From: a virus
Strand: one strand, 5' to 3'
IMG/VR virus record: IMGVR_UViG_3300026097_000980
Coordinates: 1-64,000 of that record
Length of the DNA stretch: 64,000 bases
The number at the start of each line of letters is the position of its first letter. Position 1 is the stretch's first letter. A program made the translations under genes and the position numbers. Of the stretch, positions 56,500 to 64,000 are shown in pieces. The notes under the pieces are model-generated. The model saw only the letters and a list, made by a program, of their open reading frames with translations. It did not search any database and was not told the DNA's origin.

Positions 56500-57094
56500 T
56501 ATACAAGATGTTCTGTTTTGGATGGACGCTATTCGTAACAGCGATGATCGTTATCGCACACTTGAAAGTTTTTGGAAAGGGCAGGTTAATAGTAAAATTT
56601 GGCTGATTGAAAATCTGCAGAAATTTCAAGATCAGAAATGGGAACACATTGTTATTCACGGTGGCTGGAACGGTGTATTAGCCAGCCTTATTTTCAACAG
56701 CGGCATAGAAGTAGATAGAATAACCAGTGTTGATATAGACCCCGGCTGTGAAGAAACAGCATACACTATTAACAAGAGATACGAAATGACGGGCAGATTT
56801 CGTGCGGTAACCGCTGATATGTGCAAATACTCTGAACCTGCTGATGTTATCATTAACACCAGCTGTGAACATATTACTCAACCACAGTATTATGATTGGC
56901 TACACAACCAAAACGATGACAGTCTTTATGTTTTACAAAGTAATAACTATTTTGATTTGAATGAGCATATAAACTGTAGTGAAGATTTAGTACAGTTTGT
57001 TCAAAAGTCCAAACTTCGGGTTGTATTTTCAGATAGATTACAACTGCCTAAATACGACCGTTACATGATTATAGGAAAGAAAAATGACAGATAA
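56489..57094 (+). CDS. Class I SAM-dependent methyltransferase-like protein
   Basis: IHGGWNG, SVDID, ADM, INTSCEH. Confidence 0.7.
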   Translation: MKVDIQDVLFWMDAIRNSDDRYRTLESFWKGQVNSKIWLIENLQKFQDQKWEHIVIHGGWNGVLASLIFNSGIEVDRITSVDIDPGCEETAYTINKRYEMTGRFRAVTADMCKYSEPADVIINTSCEHITQPQYYDWLHNQNDDSLYVLQSNNYFDLNEHINCSEDLVQFVQKSKLRVVFSDRLQLPKYDRYMIIGKKNDR

Positions 57095-58496
57095 ATTTTG
57101 GTATAACCCTAAGGACACTGAGTTAGGAAAATATCAAAGAGAAATAGAAAGTGTAGCCGGAACACCTTCATTTTGTATATTGCCGTGGATACATTTTGCA
57201 ACCCGTCCGAATGGTGATATGAGATTATGCTGTTCTGCAAATGCAAGTGGAGCAGGCAATGATCATGAAGTAGGACTTGTAAGAATGGAACATGGCCGCC
57301 CTGCTAACTTCGGGCGAGAAACTCCTATGGAAGCATGGAATAATGAATACATGCGCAGTGTGCGCACCACAATGCTTAACGGAGAAATACCTAACAGTTG
57401 CCGCAAATGTTTTGAAGAAGAAAAAGTGGGTGTTGTTAGCAAACGTATATGGGAAACTGGAACTTGGCACAGAGATGGGGTAGATATTCCAGAACTTATT
57501 AGACAAACAACCGAAGACGGCATCGTTCCTGAAGAACTGGTATATTTAGATCTACGACTAGGGCATACCTGCAATATTAAATGTGTTATGTGTTCACCTC
57601 ATGACAGTTCTCGCTGGGTTAAAGATTGGGAACAACTTATTCCAGTTTTACAAGTTGACAATGTAAAACAACAGATGCAGTGGGATCGATCCGAGTTTAA
57701 CAACAAGTGGCACGAGAAAGATACATTTTGGGAAGAAATGTATCGTCAAATACCAAATCTAAAACAGGTATATTTTGCCGGCGGTGAACCTCTAATGATC
57801 AAAGAACACAAAGAGTTCATTGAAGAAATAGTACGTCAGGGATATCAAGACAAGATTTTGTTAAGATATAACTCCAATGGACTATTAGTAGATGAAGATT
57901 TAATTAAGTTATGGAGCAAGTTTAAAAAGGTTAAGTTTGCAGTAAGTATGGATGCAGTTTATGAAAGAGATGAATATATACGCTATCCTACAGATTGGAA
58001 TACTGTTGAAAAAACTCTGAGATTGTTAGACGATACTCCGGATAATATACAAACAAGTTTAGCAACAGCAATACAAATATTCAATGTAAAACACCTACCT
58101 GACTTTATGAAGTGGAAGGTAGAAAGCGGATTTAAAAAACTTAATCTAGGTAACGTACCTGGCGGAGTACAAATGGGCGGCGGCTTAGTAAACATGCATT
58201 TATTGTACATTCCTACATTCTTAAGCATACAAATACTACCAAAAGAAGACAAGCAAGAAGTTCGAGAACTGTATATGGATTTTAAAGACTGGCTCTGGAA
58301 AAACTATAGACAGGATGACGATTTCTGGAAAGTCAATCCTTATGGATGGCGTAGATGGGAAGCAGTAATGAACCATATGGATGCAACTGACAATAGCGAT
58401 CAACTACCAGGATTTAAAGAATATGTGAATAAATTAGATGCTATCCGCGGACTGAATGCAAAATCAGTGTTTCCGGAAATTGCTCATCTTCTCTAA
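57084..58496 (+). CDS. Radical SAM protein with N-terminal twitch/SPASM-like domain
   Basis: CILPW..LCC..CRKC precedes CNIKCVMC, AGGEPL. Confidence 0.88.
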   Translation: MTDKFWYNPKDTELGKYQREIESVAGTPSFCILPWIHFATRPNGDMRLCCSANASGAGNDHEVGLVRMEHGRPANFGRETPMEAWNNEYMRSVRTTMLNGEIPNSCRKCFEEEKVGVVSKRIWETGTWHRDGVDIPELIRQTTEDGIVPEELVYLDLRLGHTCNIKCVMCSPHDSSRWVKDWEQLIPVLQVDNVKQQMQWDRSEFNNKWHEKDTFWEEMYRQIPNLKQVYFAGGEPLMIKEHKEFIEEIVRQGYQDKILLRYNSNGLLVDEDLIKLWSKFKKVKFAVSMDAVYERDEYIRYPTDWNTVEKTLRLLDDTPDNIQTSLATAIQIFNVKHLPDFMKWKVESGFKKLNLGNVPGGVQMGGGLVNMHLLYIPTFLSIQILPKEDKQEVRELYMDFKDWLWKNYRQDDDFWKVNPYGWRRWEAVMNHMDATDNSDQLPGFKEYVNKLDAIRGLNAKSVFPEIAHLL

Positions 58497-59542
58497 ACAA
58501 GCGTTTGAAAAACTTCCCAATCTTTTGCCTTTGGCACACACATTCCGCAACCGCATCTATCATTAGGACAAACAATTGTTTTATCTTTGTGTTCATGTGC
58601 ATACTGTAAGATTGCGTCAGTGTCACTGAGATTTCCTATGGGGCCCCGACCTTCCGAGTGCAGTGCTTTACAAGTTTGGTGATGATAAACTTCGCCAGTC
58701 TGCTGATCTATATGTAAAAAGTAACGATTAACACTGCAAAACCACCCTTTGAAATGAGTATCGATATGGGTAATGTCTTGCCACTGGCCGTTTTTTATAC
58801 CTTTCATACACCTACCTCCACAGCAGGTTCGTCCTAATTCAGTGCCCTGCTTATCAGTTTCATTGGGCGCCGAGATTCCTAGGTAATTAAAATACCATAC
58901 TTGCTGTTCTGGAGAGTAATCATGGCTGGTTCTGCGAGGTGTACCGTCGGTGTCTAAAAACCATCCTTGTCTTGATATGTTACCGTCACCGATCGGTCGG
59001 GGCTGATGCTTTATACCTAGTTCTTTTAACTCGTTACATACCTCTACACATTCATCAAAATAATCAACATGCATCATTACGTTGACTTGTAACCAAATAC
59101 CTTTTTGATATAATAGTCTTATATTTTCCAAAACCTGTTTCTTCAGTTTATCATCTGCTTCGGCATGATAACTCACAGTTACGCCTTCAAATATTTCTGC
59201 AATTCTTTCTGTGTTCTTCGGATGCCACGCTCCGTTAGTAGTTAAACTTAACCTAAACCTGTCTTCGTTATTCTTAATGTATTCAGCAAAATCCCAAAAC
59301 GCAGGATTAACGGTGGGCTCACCTCCAGTAAAATTAATATTCACTAAATGACTATATATCTTAGTGTATTCTTTTACGAACTCAAATGTTTTCATTAGTG
59401 TTTCGTAAGGCTGTGGCTTACTATAATTATCGTGTCTTGTCGCTTCGCAGTATGAGCAATCATAATTACAACGTCTTCCCGTGTCCCAGGTAACCATAAT
59501 TCTTTCTGGATTAGTCAAATCAACCGCATCTATCTTAATCAT
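58493..59542 (-). CDS. Radical SAM protein (start MIKIDAV)
   Basis: CNYDCSYC, TGGEPT, SYH, FKGWFC, CPNDRCGCGMC. Confidence 0.88.
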   Translation of the reverse strand: MIKIDAVDLTNPERIMVTWDTGRRCNYDCSYCEATRHDNYSKPQPYETLMKTFEFVKEYTKIYSHLVNINFTGGEPTVNPAFWDFAEYIKNNEDRFRLSLTTNGAWHPKNTERIAEIFEGVTVSYHAEADDKLKKQVLENIRLLYQKGIWLQVNVMMHVDYFDECVEVCNELKELGIKHQPRPIGDGNISRQGWFLDTDGTPRRTSHDYSPEQQVWYFNYLGISAPNETDKQGTELGRTCCGGRCMKGIKNGQWQDITHIDTHFKGWFCSVNRYFLHIDQQTGEVYHHQTCKALHSEGRGPIGNLSDTDAILQYAHEHKDKTIVCPNDRCGCGMCVPKAKDWEVFQTLV

Positions 59543-60425
59543 GGGTTTCCTTTGAAAGTGGAATATCGGCCGCACATGTGCACCAATTTCTAGTGCAAAC
59601 TATCCATTCTCTAGGTGGCTCAAAACTGCCGTTATAAATATTTCCCAAGCTACCGCCCACTCTGCAAGTAGCGCGATGTACTTCGCCATCCCAGTTAATC
59701 ATCAAGCTTTCAATACCAGCAGAGCACTTCCACCCATTAAATCGATTTAGATGATTTTTAATTATATCGTTGGCATGATAAGTTTTACCCGTATCGTCTA
59801 CACAGTTAGGACGAACTGTAGAGTTTGTAGAAAGTATCCACTCTAAATCATTGCCTTCGTATCTTAAGTCGTCAAACGTGTCGTGATCGCCTTGTGTCCA
59901 CCGTATTCTTCTAACAGCCACGGGTATGTTTTCTTCGTCAAGTTCTTCGTATGCTCGTTTAACAAGATCCATGTGTTCATGATGAGCCATTAAATTAACC
60001 TGAATAGGTTTACCGAACCATTTGCCTACCATGATAATGTTTTGTAAAGAACGTCTCCAGAGATTGTTATCGAAGTGTAAACTGAATACATAATGATTAA
60101 CAGGTTGTTCGCAATACCATCTGCCATCACGAGTTCCGTTTGTTGTTATGTTTATCCAGTCAACTCTTTGATTTAAGTGATCTAACAGTTCTTCGATATT
60201 AGGGTGAACACAAGGCTCTCCACCAGTAAGGCTAACGCGAATAGGTTTGTCTAATTCACAGAGCGCATCAACGGCATCGGTCAACAATTTAATATTTGTG
60301 TGAGGAGAAACATTGTCGTGAATTTCCGAAGGACAGTATGCACAGTCTAAGTTACAACGTTTTCCAATATTCCATTCTACTTTGATAGAATTTTGATGAT
60401 CATAGATACTGGTAAGGCTACGCAT
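59535..60425 (-). CDS. Radical SAM protein
   Basis: CNLDCAYC, TGGEPC, SLH, FNGWKC, CTRNWCTCAAD. Confidence 0.88.
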   Translation of the reverse strand: MRSLTSIYDHQNSIKVEWNIGKRCNLDCAYCPSEIHDNVSPHTNIKLLTDAVDALCELDKPIRVSLTGGEPCVHPNIEELLDHLNQRVDWINITTNGTRDGRWYCEQPVNHYVFSLHFDNNLWRRSLQNIIMVGKWFGKPIQVNLMAHHEHMDLVKRAYEELDEENIPVAVRRIRWTQGDHDTFDDLRYEGNDLEWILSTNSTVRPNCVDDTGKTYHANDIIKNHLNRFNGWKCSAGIESLMINWDGEVHRATCRVGGSLGNIYNGSFEPPREWIVCTRNWCTCAADIPLSKETHD

Positions 60426-61686
60426 ATTTTTTAAACTCTGGATTGATACTAAAAAAATCTTGATTTCGGGTTACATCTAATTTAAGATTAAAATCTATGC
60501 AATCTTGCCAATATTCACTTAAATCATTTGCCTGTAAAAAGTTTATATTATCTTGTATTTGTTGAAGTGTTACCTGCTCTAATAGTTTATGTTGTTGTAC
60601 CAAAGGATATTCTAATACTTCAGTTTTCATTTCCTCTAATCTGTCTACAATTCTTTGTTTTAGTTCTTGTGGTAATGTTTGAGCACTTAATGATCTAGGA
60701 TAATTTACTCGGTGAGAGTAAAACACAATACCCATTTCGTTTATAAAGTAATCGATAACTTTATCAATCTGCATAATATTGTTTGATTGCACAGTAAATG
60801 CACCTACCACTCTACTAACATTAGGAAACGATTTAAATACCTTTATGTTTTCTTCTATTTCCGAAAACTTGCCATTGCCTCTAATATATTCATAAACATC
60901 GTGTATTCCGTCTATGCTTACGTTTACAGCAATGCTTTTAAACTTAGGCCAATAATCGTGTATTGTGCGTCCACCTTTGATGCCTAGTGTTGTTCCGTTA
61001 GTAGCGTATTTTAATTCTATCTGATCGCCATACTGTGCCAGTTTATCGAGAATCTTATAATGATATGGATCCATTAAAGGCTCCCCTCCTGCAAATTCTA
61101 CTCGTCTAAAATACGGCAATAGTTTTTCGAACGAGTCCCACCAGTTATCTGAGTTATCAAAAGGCCCAATATATTGACCCGGAGTGTCAACTAATGCATC
61201 TACTGTGGGAATAAGATAGTTATTTTCTTTTTCGTAATGACTTCTTATCGCTCCCCAATCTTTCCAGCTGGTACTATCGAGAGGGTTACACATGCGACAT
61301 TTTAAATTGCAAAGATTATTAAGCTTAATTTCCATAGTAGGAAATTCAAACGGCATTGTGTAATCGTCGTTTAAAGCGTTTAGTGCGTCTGGGTATAAGT
61401 TGATACGTGCTTCGGGTATAACGCCCGCTGTGTGACGCTGTCGTAAGCTTTCGACACCCTGATCCTCTAGGTCAAAGCACGGTTTACATACATCTGGACG
61501 TTCGCCATTTAGTACCTGCCTGCGAACTTCTCGCATAGTTTCGTTATTCCATGCTTGTTCTAAACTTTCTTTTTGGATCCAGCCGACGGGTTGGCTACGG
61601 CAGCATACTTTGATAGCACCGTCTTCTCGTGTAGCAAGACCTGTAAAAGGATGCATGCAGAATGTGCAACTATCTTTTATATTCAC
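60418..61686 (-). CDS. Radical SAM protein with N-terminal twitch/SPASM-like domain
   Basis: CMHPF..VCC..CKPC precedes CNLKCRMC, AGGEPL; TAAATA 61691-61696. Confidence 0.88.
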   Translation of the reverse strand: MNIKDSCTFCMHPFTGLATREDGAIKVCCRSQPVGWIQKESLEQAWNNETMREVRRQVLNGERPDVCKPCFDLEDQGVESLRQRHTAGVIPEARINLYPDALNALNDDYTMPFEFPTMEIKLNNLCNLKCRMCNPLDSTSWKDWGAIRSHYEKENNYLIPTVDALVDTPGQYIGPFDNSDNWWDSFEKLLPYFRRVEFAGGEPLMDPYHYKILDKLAQYGDQIELKYATNGTTLGIKGGRTIHDYWPKFKSIAVNVSIDGIHDVYEYIRGNGKFSEIEENIKVFKSFPNVSRVVGAFTVQSNNIMQIDKVIDYFINEMGIVFYSHRVNYPRSLSAQTLPQELKQRIVDRLEEMKTEVLEYPLVQQHKLLEQVTLQQIQDNINFLQANDLSEYWQDCIDFNLKLDVTRNQDFFSINPEFKKYA

Positions 61687-61724
61687 AAATTATTTAGTAC
61701 CTGTATTGTTAGATAAGTACGTTT

Positions 61725-62402
61725 ATGATAACACCAGCTGGCTATGTTTGCAACAAAGAAAAGATTGAAAAATTATGCACTTTGTTAGACAATCTGGATT
61801 TTCCACTCTGTTTAAACGAACCATCAGGAAACTTTTTTTATGATCCTTGGATTATTAAAGAAGAATTTAAAAATACAATTTTTAATGAAGTACTGTCGAC
61901 ACTAGAAACTACAACAGGACAAGCAAGAATTTTAAAATTAGAAGCAGGTAGATGTTATAATGTCCATGCAGATATTGATGATAGGTATCATCTAAATTTA
62001 TCTGGAGAAGTTAGTTATCTTGTAGATGTTGATAATGAGCAAATGTTTAGAATGTATACAGACGGAATTTGGTATCAAATGAATGCAGGTAAGAGACACA
62101 GTGCTATAAATTTCGGGAGGGGATATAGGTATCAACTTGTGGTGCGTCATGTATTACATAATCCTGTGTTAAACGATCCTGTCAATGTAAAGATAATTTC
62201 GCATGAACCTACTACAGATGATACTAGATATGTATTTGATAACTATATTAGTTCCTGGTTAAATGAAAGTTGTAAACAACAAAAGATAATGAACTTCGAA
62301 CCTAATGTTAACGAAGTAAAATTCAGTACGGAAAGAAATCACATTGATAGTCTTAAAAAAATTTTACCAGAAACCTTGGAGATGATTTTATATGATCAAT
62401 AA
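61725..62402 (+). CDS. 2OG-Fe(II) oxygenase (Asp/Asn hydroxylase-like)
   Basis: HAD.DDRYH...HSA.N.G...R; TAAGTA 61714-61719. Confidence 0.7.
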   Translation: MITPAGYVCNKEKIEKLCTLLDNLDFPLCLNEPSGNFFYDPWIIKEEFKNTIFNEVLSTLETTTGQARILKLEAGRCYNVHADIDDRYHLNLSGEVSYLVDVDNEQMFRMYTDGIWYQMNAGKRHSAINFGRGYRYQLVVRHVLHNPVLNDPVNVKIISHEPTTDDTRYVFDNYISSWLNESCKQQKIMNFEPNVNEVKFSTERNHIDSLKKILPETLEMILYDQ

Positions 62403-63081
62403 TACAGGCTGGGAGTATGTTCGAAAGTATGTTGACAAAGGTGATAGATTTCAACTTAGCTCGACAAATGTTCTCTATACACCTACAATAAATCCGGAAA
62501 AAACTATGATGTGTATGCATTATATAGTAGACACAAACTATATGATCGGAAGTTGTGTTCCTAGAACAGATGAAATGCTACAATATTGGTTTGAAAGAGA
62601 ATTAGGATATCTCGAATTATTTCAGGGAAAGTCCTGGTGTCCTAACATTTACGATGTAGATTATGAAAACAAAAAAATATTAATAGAATATAATAAAGAG
62701 AGTTTAAATTTTCCAGTCTATGTCGAGGAAAGATCTTTGGATAAAGAATATCCTAATTGGAAAGCAGATCTCTTTAATATTATTAATGAGGTTTATCAAT
62801 TAGGATATTATAAAGCATCAATTTATCCACACTGTTTCTTTTATACAAACGAAGGAAAAATGAAAATGATTGACTACTATGCAACTGTTCCAAGAGACGA
62901 TTCTCTTATTCACAAAAGCATTATCGAACCTATTATAGGAGTCGACTCTGAGCAACGATTTATAGAAGTTAAAAACGGAGAATATTTTGAAATGGCAAAT
63001 CACTTTAAAAACTCTCTTAAAACCTGGATCAAGTGGCCCGGAGATCCTCTTCCGGAATTTTGTGAAAAGATTTTTCAGTAA
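62392..63081 (+). CDS. Protein-kinase-like fold protein (atypical)
   Basis: FERE..YL, P.IYD, ILIEY, KMIDYY in DFG-like position; catalytic-loop Asp not evident. Confidence 0.5.
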   Translation: MINNTGWEYVRKYVDKGDRFQLSSTNVLYTPTINPEKTMMCMHYIVDTNYMIGSCVPRTDEMLQYWFERELGYLELFQGKSWCPNIYDVDYENKKILIEYNKESLNFPVYVEERSLDKEYPNWKADLFNIINEVYQLGYYKASIYPHCFFYTNEGKMKMIDYYATVPRDDSLIHKSIIEPIIGVDSEQRFIEVKNGEYFEMANHFKNSLKTWIKWPGDPLPEFCEKIFQ

Positions 63082-63105
63082 GTTAACGATAAGGGTGTGA
63101 GTATA

Positions 63106-63651
63106 ATGCAAAATTATGTTAATGCTGATTTTTTTAAATTTGAATATGATTGGTCAGGCCTGCTTGATAGTATAAAAGATTTTGAGGGTGTTCCAAATAC
63201 TCCAGATCCAAGTATTTGGAAAATGGAAATTCCTGCTTACAGCGAAATTAAAAAAACTTGGGAAGAAGCTAATTATCCTGATAGTCATATAAAATGGATT
63301 AATTTTTACCCCGGGCAACATTACACAGAAGAACTAGATAAGTTATTGTGCAATCACTTTAACATAGGATATAGAAGATCGTGGATAAGCAAAATAGAAC
63401 CAGGTTATAGTGCTCCGTGGCACTGGGACGTAGAAGACGATCCGGAAGACTACGATGGACCTTTACGTTTGAGTATTTTTATAAATGATTGTGAACCCGG
63501 ACATATTTTCATATTAGGCAAAGAAGATGTTTTTTATAATATGAAATCAGGAGATGGAATTTTTTGGAAAAGATTTAACGAATATCATATTGGCATGAAT
63601 GCCGGCTTAACTTCTAAATATATGTATCATTTAAAAGCAAAAATTATTTAA
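63106..63651 (+). CDS. 2OG-Fe(II) oxygenase-like protein
   Basis: PG..APWHWD...H.G.N.G...K. Confidence 0.7.
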   Translation: MQNYVNADFFKFEYDWSGLLDSIKDFEGVPNTPDPSIWKMEIPAYSEIKKTWEEANYPDSHIKWINFYPGQHYTEELDKLLCNHFNIGYRRSWISKIEPGYSAPWHWDVEDDPEDYDGPLRLSIFINDCEPGHIFILGKEDVFYNMKSGDGIFWKRFNEYHIGMNAGLTSKYMYHLKAKII

Positions 63652-64000
63652 CACTTCTCCATTTTTTATATCTTACATCGTTTATTTCATCTACAAATAT
63701 TAGAGGAATATCAAAATCCGCCTTCAAAATCCAATCTATAGTTTGCACAATTTTGATAGGATCTATTTTTACATCTTCTTCAGGCCCGTACCTTTGAAAT
63801 CCGCTGGTAATAATATGTGTGGTTTTAATTTTCTCTGAAGCAAGACTCCAACTGGTATTTCGTATGTCCAGTTTTTCTTGATGAGTTACAGGATCTACCC
63901 ACGCAAATTCTTCAAACTCTAATACACTGCCGATTGTTATGATATGCCCTTGCGTCCATACGTCAGCAACATCTCGTATTACTCGTTCTTGAAACCCATA
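63644..64000 (-). CDS. SDR-like protein, 5'-partial
   Basis: Hand-translated ...GHIITIGS...HQEK...IKTTHII.SG...IVQTIDWIL...; HxxxK where YxxxK is expected. Confidence 0.45.
   Translation of the reverse strand, partial: YGFQERVIRDVADVWTQGHIITIGSVLEFEEFAWVDPVTHQEKLDIRNTSWSLASEKIKTTHIITSGFQRYGPEEDVKIDPIKIVQTIDWILKADFDIPLIFVDEINDVRYKKWRSVK

Noticed and set aside
48677-61686. Calling the radical-SAM genes queE, nrdG, moaA or viperin
   Set aside because: Only the generic CxxxCxxC/GGEP motifs match; family-specific motifs not recognised
1-64000. Stop-codon reassignment as in some large phages
   Set aside because: Recognisable genes are full length in the standard code and TAA, TAG and TGA all end genes
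1-64000. CRISPR array, integrase, transposase, intron or intein
   Set aside because: No regularly spaced DNA repeats or such motifs seen; repeats are protein-level in fibre genes
48677-64000. RiPP cluster with precursor peptide
   Set aside because: Genes abut or overlap, and I found no short ORF with leader/core character, transporter or RRE in the window

Overview
A 64-kb segment of a large lytic tailed dsDNA phage (T4-like/jumbo architecture, standard genetic code). Spanins indicate a Gram-negative host, and the FdxA-type ferredoxin hints at an alphaproteobacterium. Left to right: (1) 1-6.9 kb, proteins sharing a capsid-targeting-like N-terminus (zincin, PGDYG-like, PCD-Cu/Zn-SOD fusion, cytidylyltransferase polyprotein); (2) ClpA, DnaJ, and a lysis cassette whose holin-like protein carries an EF-hand; (3) ferredoxin, sulfotransferase-like protein, clamp loader, GroES and a DnaE fragment; (4) 19-33 kb, baseplate/tail-fibre genes; (5) PhoH, UvsE, QueD, MoxR/VWA, ThyX, MazG-like; (6) 48.7-64 kb, an island of 8 radical-SAM enzymes plus SGNH, methyltransferase-like, 2OG-oxygenase, kinase-like and SDR-like genes behind late-type TAAATA/TAAGTA motifs. 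Non-coding highlights not in the ORF track: a preQ1-I-like pseudoknot upstream of queD that appears wired as a translational ON switch, a 115-nt CCA-ended tRNA-like RNA without a canonical anticodon loop, and a leader-ORF/terminator upstream of phoH. All calls come from reading motifs by eye; no searches were run.
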